A stretch of DNA of 64,000 bases from assembly GCF_009914755.1 (NCBI RefSeq), contig NC_060947.1, one strand, 5' to 3'. The position numbers were made by a program, and so were the translations under genes. This document shows, in pieces, positions 1 to 15,247 of the stretch. Under the pieces are notes generated by a model, which ran no database searches, had not been told where the DNA came from, and was given only the letters and a program-made list of their open reading frames with translations. How positions within the stretch are numbered: position 1 is the stretch's first letter; every line of letters begins with the position of its first letter. This DNA comes from the human T2T-CHM13v2.0 reference genome, Homo sapiens.

Positions 1-324
1 CTAATTTTCTATTTTATGTTTTTTGCATATTTCTGCTTAGGATGGTAATTCAATTATTTTTGCTTCATTTCAGTGAAGATTCTCATTGTTAAAATGTGTT
101 GTGATCTCTGGCTGCTCTGTAAGGTCCTTGCTACTCAAAAAGACAATAATTTTTGGACAGATTTACATAGTTTAAGTTAAAAGTTGAACAAAGAGCAGGA
201 GGGGATTCTTTCCCGGCATCACACAACATGTCAGCATATATGCAAGACTGAAAGGGAGATACCAGTAATTGGCTCTGTCGTTTACAGGAAGGGTATTTGC
301 ATGATTTGTGAACTATCTTGTCTG

Positions 325-678
<354 letters not shown>

Positions 679-897
679 TAACAGTTATGAGTATAGAGCA
701 TATATGGTCCAATATTCTGGCTAACCTTACTGAAAAGTGCAGTAAACTAGGAATGTGTTTTGTCCAACCCAGAGATGAGATGAACTTGATTCTTGGCAGT
801 CCTCTGTGAAAAAATGGGAAGGTGACACGTAAATGGAAAAAGGCAAGCATCAAAATCCACATTCATGTGAAAATCTTTATTTTTATAATGTTAAACT

Positions 898-1209
898 ATT
901 TGTTTGTTTGTTTGTTTGTTTATTTATTTATTTATTGAGACAGAGTCTCACTCTGTCACTCAAGCTGGAGTGCAGATCTCGGCTTACTGCAACCTCTGCG
1001 TCCCAGGTTCAAGTGATTCTCCTGCCTCAGCCTCCCGAGTAGCTGGGACTACAAGCATGTGCCACCACGCCTGGCTAATTTTTTATTTTTGGTAGAGATG
1101 AGGTTTCACCATGTTGGCCAGGCTGGTCTTCAACTCCTGACCACAGGTGATCTGCCTGCCTTGGCCTCCCAAAGTGCTGGGATTACAGGTGTGAGCCACC
1201 ACGCCCGTC
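898..1209 (-). mobile_element. AluS (Sx/Sz-like)
   Basis: Full reverse Alu dimer with (TTTG)n(TTTA)n tail. Confidence 0.95.
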
Positions 1210-1427
1210 ATGAGAAAATATTTCTATGGAGATAACAAAGGAGCTCCAAGCAAAGATCTCCTCTGAACAGCCTTGAATACCCTTGATGAGATATACCCTC
1301 TAAATTTGACAGACAAAATTTTTTTAAATTTATTTTGATGAGAAAAAAAGATCATTTGAATCCTGAGATTTCACTTCAGTAGTAAAGTGGTACCAAACCA
1401 ACGTGAGTTTTTGTTTTATGTAGGCTA

Positions 1428-1787
<360 letters not shown>

Positions 1788-2199
1788 TCAAAAAGGTCAT
1801 GACAGACATCTTAGCAAGAATACTAAATTTTGTGAAACATCCCCGGAAAACAATATGAGAGAAAGTGGCTAAGCATAATGCCTCTTTACTGTATTCTAAA
1901 CCTTGCACCATTTACATTGTATTTAAATTGTCCTGGGAGAAAGCTGTATAAAAGTTTCCACACTAAATAAAAATGCAAGATAATTAGTTTATATTTGTGT
2001 TTGAAGAAAGTTATTTGAAGCAACTTATACATCAAGAGTATAGCTTCAAATAAGTAATACTAAGTACTGTAAAGCACAATGCACATTAACAAAAGTACTT
2101 TTATCGTTACATCCTTGATCTAGGATCAGTTGTATGACAACACTCCCTTACCAAGTTTTTGGTTCTGACAAATGTAAAACCAGAGGGATTTCTTGTCAA

Positions 2200-4920
2200 G
2201 GTAGTGTACTAAGATATCAGTAAAAACAAACACAAACTTCTTGCTCCAAACACAAATAAATACTAGATAAAACATTACAAAATCATTTTTAAATGCATAA
2301 TCAAGGTTAAAAATAAAAAGAATAAGTCCCCATGTCCCAAAAAACAAGAAGAATCTCAAAGTCAGAATGGCAAATGGCTGTTGAAATAGAGCAGCTTATG
2401 GAGATCTAAGGAATAGAGTTGCATCTGGGAGTTTGGATTTTAACATCTACTAAGGAATAGCAAATAAGGACTCAGGCCTATGTAGAAAACTAGAATTGAG
2501 CCCACTGCATAAAGCCACATGCCACAAAAAGTGTCCCTTATATAAAACGGGCAATAGGAAAACTCTGCCTACTAGCCAAGGGAAGCAGCAAAGTATTTCA
2601 TCATCTTCTTGGCACTGTGGATTATTATAATAATAATACAGAGAATTGACTGCACATACAGGCCCCCAAATCTGAATCATCCACGATGTGAGTTTTCAAT
2701 TCACAATACTTGCATGTTATAGAAACCTGAGGCCATATAATAATCATAAAAATAAGTCTGAAGAAAGCTAATTCTGTAGAGATCTCAAAAAAAGCCAAAT
2801 TGACATACAGGATTGGCTCTCTACAACCAAATGATCTAGGATGCCTACTGAAAATAACTCCTTTGAAGCCTGGTTGACATTCAAAAATTTCAAGAAAAAA
2901 ACATATGGTGAGAATTTGGACCCCCAGAACAATAAATAATTCAGAATTTAAAATGTACTTAGTTTAGCATCTTTTGAAGTCAACTAAAAGAATAAAAGAT
3001 AAAGGAAGGAATAAACAATATAGTAAGAATAGGTAGGTTTTGAAAATATATAAATAAGAATGTACATTGAAAAACGTAATTATGGAAATTAAAACTCAAC
3101 GTATTAGTTAAACAATATATTAGAGATAGCTGAAGAGAGTTAAATGAACTGGAAGATAAATCTGAGGGCATCACTGAAAACGCAGCAAAAAGAGATAGAG
3201 AGTTGGAAAATATGAAAGAGGTTAAGAGACATGAAACATAGATTCAGAAGAGACAACACAAGGCAATCAGGAGTTTTAGAAGATTACAATATAAATGCAA
3301 TCTTTAAGGTAATAACTGCCAGAAATTTTTCAGAATTAAAAAAATCTAGCGTCCCCAGATTCAAGTAGCATCTTGAATCTTTAGGAGGATAAGTTACAGC
3401 AAACCACACCTAGACACACTGTGGTGAAATTTCAGAACAAATAGCAGCCAGAAAGAAAATAACGATTAACTGCAAAGGAAAGAAATGCATGTTGGCTGTA
3501 GATATTGCATTACCAATGAGATCTCAGAAAACAGTGAGATAATGTATTCATAGTACTAAGAAAAAAATTAACAATCTAATAAGCTATACGCAGCTAAACT
3601 ATCATCCTAAAGTGAACATAATATAAAAACTTTAATAGACATAGAAATCCTGAATTTGTTACTGACAAACTAACAGAATTACTAAATGATATGTCACCAT
3701 GAGAATAAAATAGAAGCTAGAAGAAAAGTGTTAAATGCAAAAAGCACTGTAAATAAAGTGCTAAACACTTTGATAAATCTAAACATTATTTCCACTACTA
3801 GTACATAATACTTATAAAGCAATATGAGGCAGACACTGTCATAAACATTTTACAACAATCCTGTGAGACAGTTTCCTATTTAATCCTATTTTATAAATGA
3901 GAAAACAGAGAGGTTAAGTAACTTGCTCATGGTCTCACAGCTAGTAAATGGCACAGTCTGACTACATAGATTGTGCTCATAATCATTTTGCTCTATTGCC
4001 TCTTCAGTAAATGTCAACTATAAAAATGTCCTAATAAAAGTGATCATTATAAGGTGAAATTAAACATCTAAACAATAGTAACATGGAAAATGGAAAGTGT
4101 GAACTCAGAATTAAAGCAGCTTAAAGTCATTGTGTTGTTTAGAAGGATTGAAATATTGATTAACTTTGGTTTGTGTTAAGTATAAAGAGTAAAAATTTAA
4201 GGATAATGACTAAAATAATAGAAATAAAATGTATAACAAACCAAGAGAGGGGGGAAAGGAATAAAGAATCCTTGATTGTTCCAATAAGCAGGTAAAGAGA
4301 AAAAATGAATTAAATAAATAGCAGAGTAAAAAGAAAAGACAAACTGAAGAGGAGAAATACCTCAAGATACTTAAATGATAAATGTGAACAGGTTAAATAC
4401 AACTATTAAAAGAAAGATTCTCATACTGCATTAAAAGTAGCGAGCCATCTGATACTTACAAGAGATACATCTAAAACATAATAATACACAAAGTAAAAAG
4501 ATTGAAAAATATATACTACAAAAATACTAAAAAAAGTTGATTTAATTATATTAGTATCAGATGAAATAGATTATAAAATGCAAAGGATTACTAGAAATAA
4601 GAAGACATTTAGTAACAACAAAAAGAAAAATCCACCAAGAATAATCACAGTGATGTACCTCTATGTACTTGACAACATAGCATCAATATATATAAAGCAA
4701 AACATTAACCAAATGACAAAATTTTATAAATCCACAATTAGAGTGGAAGACTTTTAATATACCTTACTAAGAAACTGATGGCTCAAGCAAACAAAGATTA
4801 GCAAACCTATGGAAGATTTGAATAACACTTGACAGGTACTCTCTGGTAGACTCACATGGAACTTTGAACTCAAATAATAGAGAATTCACATTCTTTTCAA
4901 ATACATACGTAGGATGCCAC
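2200..4920 (+). mobile_element. Ancient L1M (L1ME/MD-type) 5' region, ORF1 and ORF2 endonuclease remnant
   Basis: A-rich ORF1-like coiled-coil sequence at 2940-3720. The ORF2 N-terminus near 4380 (aatgtgaacaggttaaat...attaaaaga) resembles NVNGLN..IKR. Many frameshifts. Confidence 0.75.
3805..4003 (-). mobile_element. MIR SINE
   Basis: gaggttaagtaacttgctcatggtctcacagctagtaaatggc is the reverse MIR core. Confidence 0.8.
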
Positions 4921-5722
4921 AAAGGACTGATTTGAGTTTACTTTTGAGAGAAGGAGGCAGTAAACTCTTTATTTCAGTTGGCCTTCGTGTATTTTTATTC
5001 TAATTCTCCCCAAACTTTTAACAACAATGTGCTCCTTTGCACATTTTAAAGTTGACATTTTTTGTGATATGTGCAAATAGGTACAAGGAGTATTATTTTC
5101 CACACAGTGTAAAGAAAATAAAACTGCTAAACCATTCTTTATTGCTCACCATTCTCTACTTTAAATATACATAGTTCCTGTTTTTCCTCGACCTCATACA
5201 TCCATTCCATTCCGTCCCCGGATTTTTATGCTTGAATATCTATAATTTATCCACATTAAAATGTGTACATAAATTAAAATTAATTTCTTTTTTATTAACA
5301 TAAGGCTCTATGTGTTTTTTTTTCCGGACTGGGCTGTCGTTACAATGATCCATATTAAGCAATTTTTAAAAACAATATACATGTATTAAATCTTTTGATG
5401 AAAAATTCCTAAACCCAAAATTAAATTTTATTGCAAACGCATCTCTTAATGCATTGGTTGAAAATGGGTTTTTAATTAATTCATGTATCTCAGGGTGAAT
5501 ATTACTTTTTGCTAGAGATAGAGTTTAGTATCAATTCTATTCTTCTTTTAACATTTTTGTATTTGCCAGGACTAAGAAATTTGGTTTATATAAACAAGTA
5601 CTAGAAAGAGTTTGGTATAACAATGTCACTCTATTCCTTGAACTCTTTCTGAGTTACATGCCAAAATCACTTAAGATATTTTATCACAAATTATTTTTTG
5701 TACACTCTTGATGATAGTATAA

Positions 5723-6770
<1,048 letters not shown>

Positions 6771-7108
6771 TTTTTAGTGATCTGTGGGCAACTTTATTAA
6801 GTCTTCCTGAAATCTTTTCTCAGGCAAATCAATTTCAGGAGAGAATGCATAAGGAGGGGATATAGAAATAAACACAAAGTGCCTATGTAGTCCCATGAGT
6901 AAATTCACCCAAATTCAAAAATCACTGTTTTACTTCACCATCTTAAAACTTAAAGTTTCTGCAACATAATTTTTTAATTAAAAAAATTAAAAAAAAACCT
7001 GAGCAAAATGTCAACTTTTATTAATTTGGGATGTGGGCATACGGGTGTGTCAATTCTAGTACGTTCTATACTTTTCTGTGTATTTAAAATATCTCATTTA
7101 ACATAATA

Positions 7109-9483
7109 TAAGAATACCTTGGAGATACTGTGAGTTTGGTTTTAGACCACCAAAAAATTCACAAGTCACATGAATTTTTGGTTTCCCAGTTCACATAAAA
7201 GCTATGTTTACACTATACTGTAGTCTATTAAGTGTGCAATAGTATTATGTATTTAAAAACAATGTACCCACCCTAATTTAAAAATACTTTATTCCTCAAA
7301 AATGCTAACAATCATCTGAGCCTTCAACAAGTCTTAATCATTTTGCTGGTGGAGGGTCTTTCCTCCATGTTGATGGCTGCTGACTGATCTGAGTTGGGTG
7401 GTTGCTGAAGGTTTGGGTGGCTATGGCAATTTTTAAAAATAAGACAAAAATGGCATTTGCCACATTGATGGACTCTTCATGAAAGATTTCTCTGTAGCAT
7501 GTGCTGCTGTTTGATATCATTTTACCTACAGTAAATCTTTCAAAATTGGAGGCAATCCTCTCAAACCCTGCTGCAGTTTTATCAATTAAGTTGATATAAT
7601 ATTCTAAATCCTTTGTTGTCATTTCAACAATCTTCACAGCTCTTCACCAGTAGTAGATTCCATCTAAAGTAAACACTTTCTTCTCTCATCCATAAGAAAT
7701 AAGGCCTCATCTGTTAAAGTGTTATAAGATTGCAGCAACTCAGTTACATCTTAAGGCTCCACTTCTAGTTCTCTTGCCATTTCCACAACATATTCAGTTA
7801 TTTCCTTCATTGTAGTCTTGAACTCTCAAAGTCATTCATGAGGGTTGAAATCCACTTCTTTCAAACTCCTGTTAATGCTGATATTTTGAGCTCTTCCCAT
7901 GAATCACAAATGTTCTTAATGGCTATGGAATAGCCATCTGGAATGGTGAATTCTTTCCAGAAGGTTTTCAGTTTACTTTGCCCAGATTCATCCAAAGAAT
8001 CTCTATGTCAGCTATAGCCTCATAAAATGATTTTCTTAAATAGTAAGACTTGAAAGTAAAAATTACTTTTTGATCCATAGGCTACGGAATTGTTGTGTTA
8101 AAAAGCATGAAAACAACATTCATCTCCTTGTACATCTCCATCAGAGTTTCTGGGTGACCAGCTGCATTGCCCATGAGCAGTAGTATTTTGAAAGGAATCT
8201 TTTTTTTTCTGAGTAGTGTGTCTCAACAGTGGGTTTAAAATATTCACTAAATTATGCTATTAACACCTGTGCTGTCATTCCTGCTCTGTTGTTCCATTTA
8301 TAGAACACAGGCAGAGTACATTTAGCATAATTCTTAAGAGCCCTAGAATTTTAGGAATGGTAAGTTAGCATTGGCTTCAACTTAAAGTCACTAGCTGTAT
8401 TAGCACCTAAGAGAGTCAGCTTGTCCTTTGAAACTTTGAAATCAGGTATTGACTTCTCCTCTCTATTTATGAAAGTCCTAGGTGATATCTTCTAAGAGGC
8501 TGTTTCATCTACACTGAAAATCTATCGTTTAGTGTAGCCATCTTTGCTAATGATCTGATCTAGATCTTCTGGATAAATTGATGCAGCTTCTACCTCAGCA
8601 CTTTCAGCTTTGTCTTGCAATGTGTTATGTAGACAACTTCTTTCCTTAAACCTCATAAACCAACCTATGCTAACTTCAAGCTTTTCTTCTGAAACTTTCT
8701 CAGCTGTCTCGTCCTTTATAGAATTGAAGATAATTTGGGACTTGCTCTCAATTAGGCTTTGGCTTAAGGGAATGTTGTAGTTGGTTTAATCTTCTATCCA
8801 GACCATTAAAACTTTCTCCATATCATCAATAAGGCTATTTCACTTTCTTATCATTTGTGTGTTCACTGGGGTAGCACTTTAAATTTCCTTCAAGAACTTT
8901 TTCTTTGCATTTAAAACTTTGCTGACTCTTTGGTACAAGAGGCCTAGCTTTCTGCCAGTGTTGGCTTTCAACATACCTTCCTCACTAAGCTTAATCATTT
9001 CTGGCTTTCTAAAATGAGAATCATGCAACTCTTCCTTTCACTTGAACACCTAGAGGCCATTTTAGCATTATCAATTGGCCTAAATTCAATATTGCTGTGT
9101 CTCAGGGAATAGAGAAGCCTAAGGAGAAGGAGAGAGACAAAAGAACGGACTGTTGGTTGGTGAAGTCAGAACACACACAAGTTTTGTCATTTTATATCGG
9201 CACAGTTCATGGTACGCCAAAACAATTACAATAGTAACATCAAAAATCACTGATCACAGATCATCGTAACAGATATAATAATAATGAAAAAAATTGAATT
9301 ATTTTGACATAACCAAAATGTAGTACAGACATGACGTGAACACATGCCATTGAAAAAAAAATAGCATCAGAGACGTGCTCAAAGAAAAGTTTCCACAAAC
9401 CTTCAATTTGTAAAACAAAACAAAAAAATGCAACATCTGCAAAGTGCAATAAAGTGAAGTGCAATAAAATGGGGGTATGCCTA
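7109..9483 (-). mobile_element. Full-length Tigger1 (TcMar-Tigger) DNA transposon, transposase disrupted
   Basis: Both terminal inverted repeats (taagaataccttggagat... and ...aataaaatgggggtatgccta) are flanked by TA; length about 2.4 kb. ORF 7338-7637 ([25 protein letters not shown]) is the Tigger1 transposase C-terminus. Confidence 0.93.
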
Positions 9484-10071
9484 TAATTCATTCCAACTTG
9501 ATAATGGTTAAGAGGTACAAATGAGAACATTTTGCTCAAGTCTTAGTACAAGCCCCACTCATTGTGTAGCACATCTGTTTTTTTCTTTGTGACATTCTGT
9601 TGCTTTGATTTCTCAGATTTCACTGTAAATTTCAAAATGTATTATTTAAAATAATCACAGGCAACCAAAGCAAAAATCCACTGAATTGTGTATAGAGAAT
9701 GTGGAGGCTTTTTAAGTTTGGAAGCCCCAGATATGGCTGATGTTCATTTATGTTTGCTAGCCTCCACCACTCCATATCCATCCACTCATACCTACACTCA
9801 CACACTCTGAAAATACTCTTTGGGAAGGACCTTTGAGAACAAGACTATAGTCAAAGTTTGGTAACCAGGATATCTGGATTAGGATGTGAAAGGGTTGAGA
9901 CAGAGTGTAGTATGTCACTGAAACTATCTAGCCTGAAGGTGGTAGCATAAACAGTAAATGCTAAATTTGATCACACAGGTTAGACTACTAAAATATAGTC
10001 AAGTAAAGAAGCGTTCATTGAGTAGCTACAACCTCAAGACTGTATGAATATCACTGCAAAATCAGCCTATT

Positions 10072-10320
10072 CAGTGGGAAAATGTACAGACCTAGGAGTC
10101 TGAATGACTTGGGTTCAAATTCTGATTATCCTGACATACACTAGCTGAGTAAGCTCGAACACATTGCTTAATTTCTGCAAAGCTTAGTTTCATCACTTGT
10201 AAAATGGGGGTTACAGCATCTATGTGAGAAGTTTGTTGCAAGGATTAAATTAAATGAGATTATTTTATGTAATAGGTCCTGGTCAAGTCTAGCACAGAGT
10301 AAGCATTCACTCAAAACATG
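10072..10320 (+). mobile_element. MIR SINE
   Basis: ttgggttcaaattctg...tttcatcacttgtaaaatggggg...aggattaaat. Confidence 0.8.
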
Positions 10321-10327
10321 TTTCTTA

Positions 10328-11785
10328 CACCTACAGTCAACTCATTTTTGACATAGGTGCCAAGAACATACACTAGGGAAAAGACAGTCTCGTCAATAAA
10401 TGATGCTGGGAAAGCTGGGCATCGATATGCAGAAGAATGAAACTAGACCCCTATTTCTTGCCATATACGAAAATCAAATCAAAATGGATTAAAGACTTAC
10501 ATCTAAGACCTCAAACTATGAAACTACTACAAGAAAATATTGGTGAGATTCTCTCGTACATTGGTCTGGGCAAAGATTTCTTGAGTAATACCCAATAAGC
10601 ACAGGCAACCAAAGCAAAAATGGACAAGTGAGATCACATCAAGTTAAAAAGGCTTCTGCACAGCAAAGAAAATTATCAACAAAGTGAAGAGACAATCCAC
10701 AGAATAGGAAACAATATGTGCAAACTACCCATCTGACAAGGGATTAATAACCAGAATATATAAGGAGCTCAAACAAATCTATAGAAAAAATCTAATAAAT
10801 AAATTAAAATGGGTGAAAGATCTGAATAGAATTTCTTAAAAGAAGATACACTAATGGCAAACAGACATGTGAAAAGGTGCCCAACATCATTGATCATTAG
10901 AGAAATACAAATTAAAACTACAATGAGATATCATCTCACCCCAGTGAAAATGGCTTTTACCCAAATGTCAGGCAATAACAAATGCTGGTGATGATGATGC
11001 GGAGTAAAGGGAACCCTCGTAACTGTTGATAGGAATGTAAATTAGTACAACTACTTTTGGGAACAGTTTTGAGGTTCCTCAAAAAAAACCTAAACATTGA
11101 ACTATATGATTGAACTATTCGATCCAGCCATTCCACTGCTGGGTATATACCCAAAAGAAAGGAAATCAGTATAACGAAGAGATATCTGTACTGCCTTGTT
11201 TGTTGCAGCACTGTTCACAGTAGCCAAGATTTGGAAGCAACCTGTGTCCATCAACAGATGAATGGATAAAGAAAATGTGGTACACATACGTAATCGAGTA
11301 TTGTTAACCCATTAAAAGGATGAGATTCTGTCATTTGCAACAACATGGATGGAACTGAAGATCATTATGTTAAGCGAAATGAGCCAGGAACAGAAAGACA
11401 AAGACTGCAAGTTCTCACTTATTTGTGGACTCTAAAAATCAAAACAATTGACCTCATGAAGAGGCTTGGAAGGGTAGTGAGAGGGAGGTGGGAATGGTTA
11501 ATGGATACAGAAAAATAGAAAGAATAAATAAGAGCTACTATTTGATACCACAGCATGTGACTATAGTCAATAATAATTGTACATTTAAAAATAACTAAAA
11601 GAGTATAATTTGATTGTTTGTAACACAAAAGATACATGCTTAAGGGGATGGATACCCCATTCTCCACGATGTGATTATTATGCATTGCATGCCTATAACA
11701 AAACATCTCATGTACCCCATAAATATATATACCTACTATGTATCCACAAAAAATAAACATAAAATAAAAACAAAACTAAAAAAGT
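10328..11785 (+). mobile_element. 5'-truncated L1MA1-3-type element
   Basis: ORF2 3' part and 3'UTR ending ggggatggataccccattctcc...catgtaccccataaatatatatacctactatgta, then an A-rich tail. Confidence 0.92.
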
Positions 11786-11904
11786 TTATTTTGTCATTTT
11801 ATAAAGACATTTTTTCATCATTTTAGGTATTGGAGCTAGAGAAGGTCACACAGATAAATTTTGCCATTGGGGAATTTATGAGTTCTGGGTGAATGGTCAT
11901 ATGC

Positions 11905-12138
11905 AGGCTTGGTATAGTGCACTGGTTAAAGAGCTCTGTTGTCCAACTCTCTGGGCACAATTCCTGTCTCTGCCACTTTTTAGATGTATAAACGTGGACA
12001 ACTTTACCTTCTTGTCCTCCATCCCTCAGCTGTAATAGTGTCCCTCGTGGGATTGTTACAAGAATTAAAAAGGAATAATCCATATGAGGCTTTAGCATTG
12101 TGCCTGGCACACATACTAAACATTCAGTTTAGTTATTT
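11905..12138 (+). mobile_element. MIR SINE followed by (CA)n at 12145-12168
   Basis: ggttaaagagc...ctctgccactt...tgtgcctggcacac. Confidence 0.75.
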
Positions 12139-12292
12139 TACAGACACACACACACACACACACACACAACTTTATGCAAGACCTCAAACCCAACAAACCA
12201 TGCCTACATGGCCTTCTATTATAGTTGTTTCTTTAAAAAAAAAAACTGCTGAATGAATGGTTTAATTGACAACAAGTCAGACAATCTTTTTT

Positions 12293-12492
12293 GGTTTTGC
12301 TTCTCAAAGTAAGTTCTGCAGAGATCAGCAACATCAGTGTTACCTGGGAGCCTGTTAGAATTGCAGAATCTCAAGCCCCACTTCAGACCTACTGCATCAG
12401 AATCTGCACTTTAACAAGATGCTCAGGTGTTTCCTATGCCTATTAACAGATGCTCAGGTGTTTCCTATGCCTATCACAGTTTGAGAGTTGCT
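12293..12492. mobile_element. MER5A (hAT-Charlie MITE)
   Basis: ttctcaaagt...ttagaattgcagaatctcaagccccacttcagacctactgcatcagaatctgcactttaacaagat...agtttgaga. Confidence 0.85.
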
Positions 12493-13319
12493 GAGCTACA
12501 CCTCCACCTGCACTCTTGTTCTTACCACTAATTGCCTCACTGGCCTGTAGCAGACAGAATGTCTTCTAGTATTTCCATGAAACCTACCATTGTGACCTTG
12601 GTCTCTTCCGGAAGTTCTTGGTGTCCTCTTTGGTCTGTCCAGCCCTTCCAGTATAGAGACTGCAAGATTTATATCTGGTTCCCCTCCAGCATTAAGCAAG
12701 CAAGGCCCTTGGCGTTAGTGTGGTCTCCCCAGCTAGATTGTAGACTCCTTGAAGGCAAGGACTATGATTTTATGTTTCATCTGTATCCTACCATTTCCCT
12801 CAGATATTCAGTGTAAATTATGTATCATAGTCTACCTTGGTGTCTTCATTATGATAATTTCAGCAGACCTTGGAGAGAGAGACTATAACTGCTGTGGCTC
12901 AGGAGAGCATTTCAGAGGGGGAATAAGGAAGAGTAGTTGCTCTGTCCCTAGCACTCCTGATTCCAGTCCAGAAAGCTGTCTTCCAAAGTGAGTAATGGCT
13001 CTAACAGAGCTGAGTGTGTCCTTGATGATTTGCTTGTTAAACACATTGTCAGCAGGCCTGTTGGACCACCGGCCCTTGAGATCCAGAAATCCTCAGAATA
13101 ACAAAAGCGGAGGCAGCCAGGACACCAGTGGCTGGCATAAGTAGAAAGACTGAATAATTTGGAGAAAAATGCCTCTTCTTATTCTCTTCAGGTCCTGATA
13201 AAGCAGAGTGACAGAAGTGGGGGTAAGGGAGCTCTGCTTGGTTGAACATTGTGCTAAGCACTTATATAAATTCTGATTTATTTTATCTAATTTGTTTCAT
13301 TTAAATTTGATGTGATTTC

Positions 13320-13437
13320 TAACTTAGAGTTGGAAGAAACAAAGAACTTCTGTATACTTATTCCTGAATTCACCGACTGTTTACATTTACCCTCGTTTTA
13401 TGGTTTTATTATTCATTCTCATTCTCTCTTTGCATTT

Positions 13438-13475
<38 letters not shown>

Positions 13476-13638
13476 TATACGTATGCATACAGCGATTCAG
13501 AAAAAGGATTATATGTGTGTGTATGTATGTATACGTATTTGTGTACATGTATATGATTTCTTTTTCTGAACCATTGTAAGCTGGACACATTGTGCCACTC
13601 AACCCTTAAATGCTTCAATGTGCAGTTCTTAAGAACAT
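13320..13638 (-). mobile_element. L1MC-type 3' end fragment containing a (TA)n(CA)n/(TG)n low-complexity tract
   Basis: ttttttctgaaccatt...cccttaaatgcttcaatgtgcagttcttaagaac motif typical of reverse L1MC 3' ends. Confidence 0.55.
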
Positions 13639-13998
13639 TCTCTTTTTTTATTGTGGCAAATATACATAACATAAAATGTGCTATTTTAGCTAGTTTAAGT
13701 GTCCAATTCAGAATGTGGTTTGTGACATTACCACCACCAATTTCTAGAACTTTTTCATCATCCAAAACTGAAACTCTGTATCCATTAAATAATAACTCCC
13801 CACTCTGCTCTCTACATAGTCTCTGGCGACCACCATTCTACTTTCTGTCTCTATGAATTTGACTACACTAGGTCTTCATATATGTGACATCATACAGTAT
13901 TTGTTTTTTGGGGACTGGCTTATTTCACTTAGAACAATGTATTCAAGGTTTATCCATGTCGTAGCATATGTCAGAATTTCCTTCCTTTTTAAGGCTGA

Positions 13999-14373
<375 letters not shown>

Positions 14374-14739
14374 CTATTTTTAATTTTTTTGGGAAGTCAC
14401 CATACTGTTTTCCATAAGAGCTGCACCATTTTACATTCCCACCAGCAGTGTATAAGGACTCCAATCTGCCCACATCCCTGTCAACACTTCTTATTTTCTG
14501 TTATTTTGATAATAATCATCATAATGGGTATAAAGTGGTATCTCATTGTGGTTTTGTTATGTATTTCCCAAATGATAGTGATATTTAACATCTTTTTATG
14601 TGCTCATTGACAATTTATATATATTATTTAAATTATATCATTTTCTTTAGATTTATAAATTTTATTTTATTTTTCCTAAGAGTTTTATCATTTTAACTCT
14701 TATGTTTAGGTCATTAATCCACTTTGAGCTAATTTTTGT

Positions 14740-15186
14740 CAGTTGTCCCTCAGTATCCACAGGGGATTTGTTCCAGGACCACTTGTAGATATCTAAATCC
14801 ACAGATGCTCAAGTTCTTCTTTTTATTTTATTTTATTTTTTTTGAGATGGAGTCTCGCTCTGTCGCCCAGGCTGGAGTGCAGTGGTGCAATCTCGGCTCA
14901 CTGCAAACTCCGCCTCCCGGGTTCACGCACCATTCTCCTGCCTCAGCCTCCCGAGTAGCTGGGACTACAGGCGCCCGCCACCACGCCCAGCTAATTTTTT
15001 TGTATTTTTAGTAGAGACGGAGTTTCACCGTGTTAGCCAGGATGGTCTCCTTCTCCTGACCTCGTGATCGGCCTGCCTCGGCCTCCCAAAGTGCTGGGAT
15101 TACAGGCGTGAGCCACCGCGCCCGGCCTCCAGTTCTTTACCTAAAATGGTATAGTATACCCCTGAGCCCACGGAATCCATGTACTG
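14740..15186. mobile_element. MER2-like Tigger MITE, internally deleted and split by AluY
   Basis: cagttgtccctcagtatccacaggggatttgttccaggacc...atgctcaagt / ...aaaatggtatagtat...actgta. Confidence 0.7.
14816..15127 (-). mobile_element. AluY
   Basis: CpG-retaining reverse Alu with Y diagnostics (gggttcacgc, accgtgttagccaggatggtc, gacctcgtgatc); TSD-like tc(a/c)agttctt. Confidence 0.95.
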
Positions 15187-15247
15187 TACGTGCTGTAAGG
15201 TAAAGGTTCAACTTCATTGTTTTGCTTGTGGATATACAGTTTTCTCA

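Noticed and set aside
820-875. VTRKWKKASIKIHIHV resembling a Harbinger-type DDE transposase motif
   Set aside because: Too short; no catalytic motifs or terminal inverted repeats nearby.
10328-11785. Co-oriented L1MA copy as a recombination partner of the 56069-63586 L1
   Set aside because: Visibly diverged, with few long identical tracts; a poor substrate for non-allelic recombination.
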